16,528 nt of DNA from an uncultured Clostridia bacterium (GCA_947177005.1 CAMWSZ010000020.1:1-16528); one strand, 5' to 3'; counted from the first letter of the stretch, positions 1 to 7,237 are shown. Numbers and translations are program-made. Notes: generated from the sequence alone by a model not told the origin.

Positions 1-276
1 CGCCGCCGCGGACTGTCGACTTGTACCGGAAGCCCTCACAACAGTAGCCTGATATCTATTTCTGAACAGCGGACGGGCCGCTTCTGATACGCGCCTATTT
101 TAGCAGGTTGGCGATGTGGAGGAAATATTCTCGAAAAATACAGCCAGAGCGTAAAGATTGCGTGTTGGAAAAAACAAGTCTGGATAAACGATTGTCTAAC
201 AACGGTTTTAGGCCAACTTGATACCGTATTTTAATGCTACTAATTTATGTAACATAAAATAAGTCTTTGATACAAA

Positions 277-312
277 AACCGGCTGTCTTGCAGTAATGCA
301 AGACAGCCGGTT
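277..312 (-). terminator. Rho-independent terminator downstream of the 355..831 minus-strand ORF
   Basis: Perfect 16-bp stem AACCGGCTGTCTTGCA / TGCAAGACAGCCGGTT with a GTAA loop. On the minus strand it is followed by TTTTGTATC. Confidence 0.75.
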
Positions 313-354
313 GACAGACTTTCACCGAATTTACGGAGTGCAGACCGCCTATTA

Positions 355-831
355 CTAAGCGGCAGGGCGACAAACCACCTCATTAGTTAAAATTCCATGT
401 ATTGCAGTAAGTACATGGTCAAACAGTCTTGGTCTGTCAGATAAATCAAGGCCACTGAGGAGACATTGTTCTGCAGCTACCAGAACTTCTTCAATCTGAT
501 GATGCTGGTCCTCATCCATCTCTAAAGTATCATGTGCTGCAGTCAGAAGGCGGTCAAAGGATCTGCTTATAGCCGTTCCTTTTGCGATATCCTGTTCAAC
601 TGCTTCTACCAATTCTGCGTATTGGTAATACAGTTCTATGCCTCTTGAAGTATGCGCCTCAGAGGCCGGATTTCGTGTTCTCTGTGTACTAGATTCATCG
701 GCATTCTCCTGTTCAACCGCATGAATTATTCCTCCAATCTGATTGTGTGGGGCAGCATGTTCGTGCCCGATTGTGGTCAGGTGTGATGCTTCTCCAGGTA
801 CAAATGGGTTTGAAGGGTCTACTCTACGCAT
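355..831 (-). CDS. Hypothetical protein, 158 aa, His/Glu-rich, no family recognised
   Basis: Only long ORF in this stretch and the only convincing minus-strand gene outside the IS. It is followed by the 277..312 terminator. The SD is weak (GGAA 7 nt upstream of the ATG). Confidence 0.5.
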   Translation of the reverse strand: MRRVDPSNPFVPGEASHLTTIGHEHAAPHNQIGGIIHAVEQENADESSTQRTRNPASEAHTSRGIELYYQYAELVEAVEQDIAKGTAISRSFDRLLTAAHDTLEMDEDQHHQIEEVLVAAEQCLLSGLDLSDRPRLFDHVLTAIHGILTNEVVCRPAA

Positions 832-1097
832 ATTATTCCAAGTTGTTGCTCCACTGGTTTGTGGGGGCGGGGCGTTTCCGCCCGCCTCTTGCAGTCGCCT
901 GCAAGTTCAGACTGTGCCTTCATCCCAATAGGATGCTCCGTGTCCAGTCGTTACACCTTCCCGATTAGCAGGGCTTGGCTCGGCGTTTTCTGTCAGACTA
1001 AGTATATAGTGAATCAGACAGAGTTCATGAACAAAATGTAAATTTTAGGAAGATAGAGCTACAAACAAATTAAATAGTTCTTTTATGAGGTGTAGTC

Positions 1098-1355
1098 ATG
1101 CGAATGTACCAAGTTTACGTCTGTGATTTTTGCGGACATGAATCTACAAGCCACGATGAAATTGAGTTGTGCGAAGCAAGGCACATTGGGCTTCAGTCTA
1201 TCGAAGAAAAGCACGAATACGATGCGTTAAAATCCGCTACCGCTTATTTTGCTAGCGTGGTTTACAGAATGAATAATAAGGAGACCCGTGCCGCTTATGA
1301 TAAGGCGGTGGAAAAGCAACTTGTGTTTGAGGCAAAGCATGGTATATCCTGTTGA
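1098..1355 (+). CDS. Small hypothetical protein, 85 aa, possible zinc-binding (CDFCGH...LCEARH)
   Basis: ATG follows GAGGTG. First gene of a co-directional tightly packed array. Confidence 0.6.
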   Translation: MRMYQVYVCDFCGHESTSHDEIELCEARHIGLQSIEEKHEYDALKSATAYFASVVYRMNNKETRAAYDKAVEKQLVFEAKHGISC

Positions 1356-1384
1356 ACAAAATAGTCCTTTTGTGAGGTGAAAAC

Positions 1385-1720
1385 ATGGAAGTTAATTTGA
1401 GCCGTAATAGTTTAGCGATGTGGGTCGTTTGTGAAGCAATTAGAGATAACACGCATCTGATAGACAAGTTTGATTACTCCAAAAATGGAATCCATGAAAT
1501 CAAAATGACGGTTGACGGAGTAGAAGTCAACTTTCTAAACGTAATAAACCGCATTGATGAAATCCATGACAACATGGTCGAAAAGGCTGCTGGTAGAATG
1601 TATCTGGAGAAGTACGATAGGCGATCAGATGAGATTACCGATGAACTCACAAAAATTGCAGAGCGACTCAAAGAAATCAGACGAACAAAGTTCCCGGAAA
1701 TAGATTGGGGTGATGATTGA
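1385..1720 (+). CDS. Hypothetical protein, 111 aa
   Basis: ATG follows GAGGTGA. The stop overlaps the start region of the next ORF. Confidence 0.6.
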   Translation: MEVNLSRNSLAMWVVCEAIRDNTHLIDKFDYSKNGIHEIKMTVDGVEVNFLNVINRIDEIHDNMVEKAAGRMYLEKYDRRSDEITDELTKIAERLKEIRRTKFPEIDWGDD

Positions 1721-1955
1721 TGGGTTTGATAGACCGGATTTCTTCCATGAAACACCGACTGCCTGTGTAACTAAATTGTTCAATATGATTCAGGCGTGCA
1801 GGGTAGATGCCTCCATCATGAGAGGAAGAAAAGAGACTTACAAAATCGACTTTGAGTTGATTAAGGTGGCGGAGGCGTTGGTAAGCGAGCTTAAATCAAT
1901 GTCAAAAAATTACTCTTTTATGAAGGAGGTAGTTGTTTGGTTCAAAATGTTGTAA
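1710..1955 (+). CDS. Hypothetical protein, about 80 aa
   Basis: GTG 1710 or ATG 1713 overlaps the previous stop. The SD is weak. Confidence 0.5.
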   Translation: MMIDGFDRPDFFHETPTACVTKLFNMIQACRVDASIMRGRKETYKIDFELIKVAEALVSELKSMSKNYSFMKEVVVWFKML

Positions 1956-2212
1956 TAGGAAAGCCGCTTGTTCCTGCTTCTGAGCTGATAGCAAATAGCA
2001 AAACGGATTGGGAAGAGTGCGAACGGTCACAAACCCTATTTACTGATACGAGATTTCTTCCTGCTATTATGAAGGAGGCAGGTTTAGTCTCATCCATCAG
2101 TGAAGTCCGGCGGAACCAACCTGCACTTATGGTGAATTTAACCGAACCAGATTGTGTGTGGCTGAAATGGGGTAAGCGATTCTTATTTATTGTAATCGGG
2201 CTGGACAGATAA
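1937..2212 (+). CDS. Hypothetical protein, 91 aa
   Basis: TTG start lies 7 nt after GAAGGAGG. It overlaps the previous ORF end by 19 nt. Confidence 0.55.
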   Translation: MVQNVVIGKPLVPASELIANSKTDWEECERSQTLFTDTRFLPAIMKEAGLVSSISEVRRNQPALMVNLTEPDCVWLKWGKRFLFIVIGLDR

Positions 2213-2236
2213 AATACTCGTTAATAGGAGGTCCAT

Positions 2237-2404
2237 ATGAACGAAGTGTGTTTCCCCAATGACGTTGTTGATGTTATACGATCATTTATCCAAGTCAATG
2301 AAGGCGATGAAGCAACGATTGCTCTAATTATCTCTATAGGGGCAGAATTGCTTGATGTCTCATCTGATACAATGGTGGAAATGATAAATCATGAGAGCGA
2401 ATAG
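2237..2404 (+). CDS. Small hypothetical protein, 55 aa (below the ORF-track cutoff)
   Basis: ATG 2237 lies about 6 nt after TAGGAGG and the TAG stop is at 2402-2404. The ORF fills an otherwise empty gap in the gene array. Confidence 0.45.
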   Translation: MNEVCFPNDVVDVIRSFIQVNEGDEATIALIISIGAELLDVSSDTMVEMINHESE

Positions 2405-2416
2405 GTGGTGAGATCA

Positions 2417-2755
2417 ATGTGGGAAACTCAATTTAGCGAACAAATGCTAGTCCTCAATTGTTTAGTTGTGATTCTTTGTACAACTAGAGAATTAGAGCGT
2501 GAGATGGCTGAGTTTTTAGATTGCCTCGGTTATCGATATCCTGATGATTCAATGTTAAGTCAAAAAGAACACTGGAGTGAGTTTAGAGAAAGCTTCTGTT
2601 ACTTTGTGAACGATAGATATGTGCGGCGTGGGTCCAAAGAACTAGCCGAATGCTCACCTTATCGAAGATATACAAAATGTTCATTTCAAGGATTAAACGT
2701 ATCAGATTTCGATATTGCCTCACGTCAAGAGCTTCTCTCTCTTCTTGGTATGTGA
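2417..2755 (+). CDS. Hypothetical protein, 112 aa, paralog of the 2773..3120 product
   Basis: ATG 2417 lies 5 nt after AGGTGGTGA (the track uses GTG 2405). It shares with the next ORF: M-W/F-ET-x-F, ML, CY-F/W, Y-x-KC-S/T-F-x-G, DF-D/E-x-A, and LG near the C-terminus. Confidence 0.65.
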   Translation: MWETQFSEQMLVLNCLVVILCTTRELEREMAEFLDCLGYRYPDDSMLSQKEHWSEFRESFCYFVNDRYVRRGSKELAECSPYRRYTKCSFQGLNVSDFDIASRQELLSLLGM

Positions 2756-2772
2756 AAGGGGATAGTTGATAA

Positions 2773-3120
2773 ATGTTTGAAACATCATTTGATTCTTCGA
2801 TGTTAGGTCAGTCCAACATCATCGTGCATTGTCCAGACAAAGTTCTTGCTGATGAACTAATGGAGATTCTTGACGCCAATAGCATCAGATGGCATGGTGG
2901 GGCATCAGTTATAGGTAACTCACAGTGGGAAGTTTATGATAGAAAGACTTGCTACTGGATCGAAGGCTATTCTTTGCTGTTTGGAGATCTGGATTGTGTC
3001 GGGGATGGAGCATATAAAGGCTATATCAAATGCACGTTTTGTGGTGCCGATACCCCGGACTTCGAGGTTGCAACAGATGAAGAGTTTCAAGTTTTTTTAG
3101 GCTTTGATCGAACGGGGTGA
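2773..3120 (+). CDS. Hypothetical protein, 115 aa, paralog of the 2417..2755 product
   Basis: Collinear similarity by eye to the previous ORF along the whole length. SD-like GGGGATAG lies upstream. Confidence 0.65.
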   Translation: MFETSFDSSMLGQSNIIVHCPDKVLADELMEILDANSIRWHGGASVIGNSQWEVYDRKTCYWIEGYSLLFGDLDCVGDGAYKGYIKCTFCGADTPDFEVATDEEFQVFLGFDRTG

Positions 3121-3296
3121 ATGCTTTGTGTGAGTTCTGTGAAAATCATGGGAAAAAGATGAGTCAGTTGTTTATTGATGATATTTTCATCACAAGTCCA
3201 GCGCAATATGCTCAAATGGGGAATATAGGCAGGCATCCGATTCCCCTTAATTTTTGTCCGGCATGTGGTGAGAAGTTCAAAGAAAAGCAAGAGTGA
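3117..3296 (+). CDS. Small zinc-ribbon protein, 59 aa (below the ORF-track cutoff)
   Basis: GTG 3117 overlaps the upstream TGA (GTGA). Two CxxC pairs are present (CEFC ... CPAC). The competing minus ORF 3087..3290 has no supporting signal. Confidence 0.5.
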   Translation: MNALCEFCENHGKKMSQLFIDDIFITSPAQYAQMGNIGRHPIPLNFCPACGEKFKEKQE

Positions 3297-3310
3297 AGAG
3301 GGTGAAATTT

Positions 3311-3577
3311 ATGTTTATTTCCATACATACTGGAGAAGAATACGGTACTTTACAAGAAGCTTTTAAGCACTTCTGTGGAGATAACATCTGCAACGGATGT
3401 CCATTTGATGGTTTTGATATAGATCATCCAGAAGGTAATATCATTTTTTGTGATGAGATTGTAGATAAATATCCAGAAGAGGCTATGCAGATGATAGGAA
3501 TAGTCAAAAAAGATGAGAATTTTGAGGATAATTTTGAGTTTGATGAAATTGCATTTATGGATATGATGGGTTTCTAG
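3311..3577 (+). CDS. Hypothetical Cys/His-rich protein, 88 aa
   Basis: ATG 3311 follows GAAGAGGGTGA (the track uses GTG 3293). It contains CGDNICNGCPFDGFDIDH and a C-terminal tail FEFDEIAFMDMMGF resembling the tails of the 2417 and 2773 paralogs. Confidence 0.55.
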   Translation: MFISIHTGEEYGTLQEAFKHFCGDNICNGCPFDGFDIDHPEGNIIFCDEIVDKYPEEAMQMIGIVKKDENFEDNFEFDEIAFMDMMGF

Positions 3578-3626
3578 GGCTTCCCGTGGGCTCGCCCCGG
3601 CTTTCTGACTAATCAATAAACCATAA

Positions 3627-3656
3627 AAATCCGCCACACGAAAGTGGGGCGGATTT
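3627..3656 (+). terminator. Hairpin terminator after the early small-gene array
   Basis: AAATCCGCCaCAC GAAA GTGgGGCGGATTT, a 12-bp stem with one mismatch and a GAAA tetraloop. The T tail is short. Confidence 0.55.
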
Positions 3657-3743
3657 ACTATGCCCACGCGGCCCCAACCTCCACGCGGTGTGGGTGGATA
3701 ACCAACCAATGGGGTACATAATTGATTAAAAGGAGAATACGTT

Positions 3744-4145
3744 ATGGCAAAGATCGTAGTCGCAGGAAACGCAGTCGTCATCACTTCCGCCCTGAAGCTG
3801 GAGGACATCAAAACCGTCGAGAAGTACCGCCCCAACGAACTCGTCCTGAAGGGCGGCGAGGACGGCAAAGAACCCATCTTCCGGCTGGGCACTACTTCCG
3901 GCACCGGCAGCATCAACACCGTGGGCGCATCCTTCGGTCGTGAGGCGAGCGACGGCAGCGGTCTGGCGGCAATCACGATGGTCATGCCCGATATCCCGGT
4001 CAGCGATGTCACGGAGTGGGTCGCCGACAAGCTGGGCAGCGCGGTCATCAACCTGAACGCCGTCGAGAGCAAACTGCCGGATGTCCTGGTGTCCATCGAG
4101 GCCGAGAAAGCCGCCGTCATGAGCCACATCAGCGTCGCGGGCTGA
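3744..4145 (+). CDS. Hypothetical protein, 133 aa, GC-rich codon usage, no family recognised
   Basis: Strong SD AAAGGAGAA lies 7 nt upstream. GC3-rich codons contrast with the neighbours. The gene has its own terminator. Confidence 0.7.
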   Translation: MAKIVVAGNAVVITSALKLEDIKTVEKYRPNELVLKGGEDGKEPIFRLGTTSGTGSINTVGASFGREASDGSGLAAITMVMPDIPVSDVTEWVADKLGSAVINLNAVESKLPDVLVSIEAEKAAVMSHISVAG

Positions 4146-4156
4146 TTCGCCCCCCT

Positions 4157-4184
4157 AGAGCCGCCCCATTCCGGGGGCGGCTCT
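4157..4184 (+). terminator. GC-rich hairpin terminator
   Basis: 11-bp stem AGAGCCGCCCC / GGGGCGGCTCT with loop ATTCCG, followed by TCT. Confidence 0.6.
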
Positions 4185-4231
4185 TCTGCCACCACACCAA
4201 CAAATTTATTACATAAAAGGAGACTACAACT

Positions 4232-4459
4232 ATGATTAAGGTCACAATCGGCAACAACGTCAAACGCGAGAGCATCATCATCGACGAAAACACCACCCTG
4301 CGCAGCGTCCTGGATACCAACGGCGTGGACTACACTCGCGGCGTCATGCACCTGGACGGCTCCTCTCTCCAGCCCGGCGACCTGGACAAGACCTTCGCCC
4401 AGTTCGGCATCTCCGAAAAGTGCTTCCTCCTCAACGTCGTCAAGGCCGACAACGCCTGA
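4232..4459 (+). CDS. Hypothetical protein, 75 aa, GC-rich codon usage
   Basis: SD AAAGGAGAC lies upstream. The N-terminus MIKVTIGNNV resembles MAKIVVAGNAV of the preceding protein. The gene has its own terminator. Confidence 0.7.
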   Translation: MIKVTIGNNVKRESIIIDENTTLRSVLDTNGVDYTRGVMHLDGSSLQPGDLDKTFAQFGISEKCFLLNVVKADNA

Positions 4460-4473
4460 TTCCCTCCCTACCA

Positions 4474-4503
4474 CAGAGCTGCCCCTAATCTGGGGCGGCT
4501 CTG
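4474..4503 (+). terminator. GC-rich hairpin terminator, near-copy of the 4157..4184 hairpin
   Basis: 12-bp stem CAGAGCTGCCCC / GGGGCGGCTCTG (one G-U pair) with loop TAATCT. Confidence 0.6.
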
Positions 4504-4507
4504 GCAC

Positions 4508-4579
4508 GCCGTTGTAGCTCAGATGGTAGAGAGATGGAGTCGGCTCATCAGGTCACCGGTTCGAGTCCGGTCAACGGCA
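4508..4579 (+). tRNA. tRNA-like gene with a non-canonical anticodon arm. Nominal anticodon is UCG (Arg), but identity is uncertain. No encoded CCA.
   Basis: Acceptor stem GCCGTTG/CAACGGC (7 bp) plus discriminator A. D arm is GCTC-AGATGGTA-GAG(A). T arm is ACCGG-TTCGAGT-CCGGT with the canonical GGTTCGAGTCC. Variable loop is AGGTC. The only 5-bp anticodon stem is GATGG/TCATC, which leaves loop AGTCGGC with G at position 33 and no nucleotide 26. Confidence 0.6.
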
Positions 4580-4801
4580 ATCTTAATAGCGGCCATTGAG
4601 AGACGCATGGAACTATATCTGTGCAGCAGTACCAATGGCTGTTTGTGACGCTGGGTCGCTCCCATCCGTGAAAGCCGGACGGATCAAAACCGATAGAGCC
4701 ATAATAAAGTCGAGTACCAAACGGGGCTAAGTGGCACTTTGTGATGCCCCACTCGCACCCTATGCAGACAGATCGTACAAGTGCAACATGACTGAAAGGA
4801 A

Positions 4802-5347
4802 GTGTGCAATTTGACCAGAAACTATTTTTTAGATTACATTGATGAATTCGATGGGTTAAAGGATTTATGCAGAGAACACGATTGTGATATCTGTGATGGA
4901 ATCATTGACAGCCGTCAGTTTGATGAATATGTCGATGACGACATTAGCGAGGCTTTACCATATCACAATTGGCAAGAAATCCGTGATATGTTAAACGGAA
5001 TCCCCTACGGATACGATTATTACCGTGTAGATGGTTCGTTTGATTACTCCGGCCTGGACTCATACGATTTTGAAAGTTATAAGCAGGAAGTCCTTGAGTG
5101 GATGGATGAAAATGGTTTATGGGATTATGAAGCTGATGAAGAAGAGGATGAAAATGACTCTGAAGAGGTAGAAGTTCTTGAGCCTGAGGAGCCCGAGGTT
5201 GAGGAGGAGGATTTTACCGTGTCTGATCTTATGAGTATGTGTGGAGCTGAGCTCCTCTCTATCAATCGTGCGTCCGAACAGCGTCGGCGGGAAGAGGAAA
5301 ACGTTGACATGAGCCTATTGTTCACTGTTGCCGCTGCTGCCTGCTAA
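4802..5347 (+). CDS. Highly acidic hypothetical protein, about 180 aa
   Basis: GTG 4802 or in-frame TTG 4811 (9 nt after GAAAGGAAG). It contains a long D/E tract, DYEADEEEDENDSEEVEVLEPEEPEVEEEDF. A terminator follows. Confidence 0.65.
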   Translation: MCNLTRNYFLDYIDEFDGLKDLCREHDCDICDGIIDSRQFDEYVDDDISEALPYHNWQEIRDMLNGIPYGYDYYRVDGSFDYSGLDSYDFESYKQEVLEWMDENGLWDYEADEEEDENDSEEVEVLEPEEPEVEEEDFTVSDLMSMCGAELLSINRASEQRRREEENVDMSLLFTVAAAAC

Positions 5348-5360
5348 GGATATTGGTCAT

Positions 5361-5379
5361 AAGCGGTGTCGCCGCTTTT
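5361..5379 (+). terminator. Short rho-independent terminator
   Basis: AAGCGG TGTCG CCGCTT followed by TT(TT)G. Confidence 0.5.
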
Positions 5380-5640
5380 GATAGTTGACTGCTTTGAATA
5401 TTTGCTGTGCTTACATAAAAACTTTTCAGTGATTAGTTGCATAGCATCTTCTCGCTAATAGCAGAAGAAACAATATGATATCTTCGCTTTTTACAGTATC
5501 CATTTCAGCAAACAACTAAAAATTGATCCAATTTTCAGTTGTTCACTAAAATGTTTACGTAAAAAGCGTCGCTGTAGTGCATACGTCTCAGCCTCGTTAC
5601 ACACACACTTCGGCTTCGGCGTACAGAAAGCAGTCAACTT

Positions 5641-5671
5641 AGGGACGGTACAAAATTTATGTACCGTCCCT
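5641..5671. repeat. Perfect 11-bp inverted repeat or hairpin 40 nt upstream of the NAD island
   Basis: AGGGACGGTAC AAAATTTAT GTACCGTCCCT. There is no T-run on either strand. Confidence 0.8.
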
Positions 5672-5711
5672 ATCTTACATACAACGCCCAAAATAAAAAG
5701 GAGGAAAGTCT

Positions 5712-6266
5712 GTGAAATATTTGATCGTTGTTGATATGCAAAAAGACTTTGTAGATGGTGCTCTTGGTACAAAAGAGGCGCAGGCGGTTGTCCAGAATGT
5801 TGCCAATAAAATTCTGAACTTTGACGGTAGATTCTGCGTCACGCTTGACACCCACCAGAAAGACTATCTGTCTACGCAGGAAGGCCGTATTCTTCCGGTT
5901 ATGCACTGCGTAGAGGACACAGATGGGTGGAAATTGGTTGAACCTATTTTTTCGGCATTTGATAAGCGGATATTAGAGGACGTTGTTGATGTGGAGTTCT
6001 TTATGAAACCCACGTTTGGTTCAACAAAACTGGGCGAGTTCTTGGTTTCCGCCAACAGCGTGGAGCCTATTGAAGAGGTTGTTCTGGTTGGGCTTTGCAC
6101 GGATATCTGCGTTATCTCCAATGTTCTACTTGTCAAAGCGTTTCTGCCGGAAGTCAAGGTGACAGTTGATGCCGCCTGCTGCGCAGGTGTAACACCCGAG
6201 AGTCACGCTAACGCTCTGCGGGCCATGCAGATGTGTCAGGTGCATATTCAGAATTGGGAGGGATAA
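5712..6266 (+). CDS. pncA: Isochorismatase-family cysteine hydrolase, nicotinamidase-like
   Basis: GTG start follows AAGGAGGAAAG. Hallmarks present: LIVVDMQKDF (catalytic Asp), KPTFGS (Lys), GLCTDICV (Cys), and LDTH...LPVMHC (metal-site-like). Confidence 0.8.
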   Translation: MKYLIVVDMQKDFVDGALGTKEAQAVVQNVANKILNFDGRFCVTLDTHQKDYLSTQEGRILPVMHCVEDTDGWKLVEPIFSAFDKRILEDVVDVEFFMKPTFGSTKLGEFLVSANSVEPIEEVVLVGLCTDICVISNVLLVKAFLPEVKVTVDAACCAGVTPESHANALRAMQMCQVHIQNWEG

Positions 6267-6268
6267 AA

Positions 6269-7096
6269 ATGATTTTGTTCAACGGAAAAGCAGTGAATCC
6301 TACAAAGTTTCCCGATGGAACATCGTCGTTTCGGTTCGACGTATCTGGCCTGGAGTGCCCCAGTATTCCAACAATTGACACGATTGAGTGGAAGTACGAT
6401 GGCGATCATGAATGTATCATTGTGTGGTATCTGGTCAAACAGATTCGCAGTATCTTGGGTCCGGCCATCCCCATCCAGCTCATGCTGCCCTATGTCCCCA
6501 ATGCCAGAATGGATCGGGTGAAGTCTGGCGATGAAGTGTTTACACTGAAGTGGTTTGCCGACTTCATCAATTCCATGAATTTCTGTCATGTTGCGGTACT
6601 TGATCCGCACTCCAACGTGGCCGCCACTCTCATCAACAACATCTACGTTATGTGGCCTGATGACTACATCAGGTCTGTAAAAGCCTTGCTTGAGGAAGAG
6701 TATGGGTGTCACGATCCGCTCATGTGCTATCCAGATGAAGGCGCTGCCAAACGCTATTCTGAACTGATGAAGGCCGAGTATATATTCGGCATCAAGCATC
6801 GGGACTGGCGCTCTGGAAAAATCGAGAGTCTGGAGCTGACTACTCCTGAAAAGGTATCAGGCCGCGATGTACTTATTGTAGACGATATCTGCTCTCGCGG
6901 CGGTACATTTACTCACACGGCAAGAGCTTTGAAGGAAGCTGGAGCTAATGATATCTACCTGTATGTTTCTCACTGTGAGAACAGCATTTTCAAAGGGTCA
7001 GTGCTGACAGATGGTTTGATTCGCCATGTCTTCACCACTAGCAGTATCTATCGTGGGGAGCACGAAAATATCACCGTAATCGGAGGGAAGGAGTAA
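6269..7096 (+). CDS. prs: Ribose-phosphate pyrophosphokinase (Prs) family protein, 275 aa. Candidate ADPR-pyrophosphate synthetase (Adps-like).
   Basis: ATG 6269 follows GGGAGGG, 2 nt after the upstream stop (the track starts at 6233). Prs-like blocks: LPYVPNARMDR, VLDPHS, CYPDEGAAKRY, KHRDWRSGK and VLIVDDICSRGGTFTHTA. Confidence 0.8.
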   Translation: MILFNGKAVNPTKFPDGTSSFRFDVSGLECPSIPTIDTIEWKYDGDHECIIVWYLVKQIRSILGPAIPIQLMLPYVPNARMDRVKSGDEVFTLKWFADFINSMNFCHVAVLDPHSNVAATLINNIYVMWPDDYIRSVKALLEEEYGCHDPLMCYPDEGAAKRYSELMKAEYIFGIKHRDWRSGKIESLELTTPEKVSGRDVLIVDDICSRGGTFTHTARALKEAGANDIYLYVSHCENSIFKGSVLTDGLIRHVFTTSSIYRGEHENITVIGGKE

Positions 7097-7237
7097 TACC
7101 AATCCTGGTAAACCAGGTTCATGTAAGATTGATAAGTGCATGGTAAAACTGTCTGTTACTGCGTGAAATTATTCAATACGAACTTCGGGTTTGTAGAAAG
7201 TAGCTTGGGAGGATTAGGCAGTTGACCTAAACCAGAT

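Noticed and set aside
832-1097. Early promoter and operator in the divergent intergenic region, including the imperfect inverted repeat TCTGTCAG (989-996) / CAGACAGA (1015-1022) around TATATA
   Set aside because: No -35/-10 pair with acceptable spacing could be identified by eye. The repeat is only 7 of 8 matches over 8 bp, which is too weak to call as a feature.
3350-4507. 385-aa minus-strand ORF, the longest ORF in this part of the track
   Set aside because: It is an antisense shadow of the GC-rich cassette. It runs through three hairpin terminators and an AT-rich gene, has low-complexity Ala/Gly/Ser/Pro-rich translation and lacks an SD. It also overlaps two + strand genes that have strong SDs and their own terminators.
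4508-4801. Prophage boundary (attL/attR) at the tRNA 3' end
   Set aside because: Phage-like small genes lie on both sides. There is no integrase next to the tRNA, and I found no second copy of the tRNA 3' segment in the window. It is kept only as an alternative within the GC-cassette finding.
5348-5711. NAD+, PRPP or other riboswitch in the long leader of the NAD island
   Set aside because: I could not match the sequence to any riboswitch consensus from memory. Only the 11-bp palindrome is reported. This needs an Rfam scan.
6248-6799. 183-aa minus-strand ORF, plus similar antisense ORFs at 5864..6157, 8297..8647, 9222..9518, 9727..10431, 10709..11101, 11446..11739 and 12564..13004
   Set aside because: All lie antisense to + strand genes with clear family motifs or better signals. 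None has SD support or recognisable motifs.
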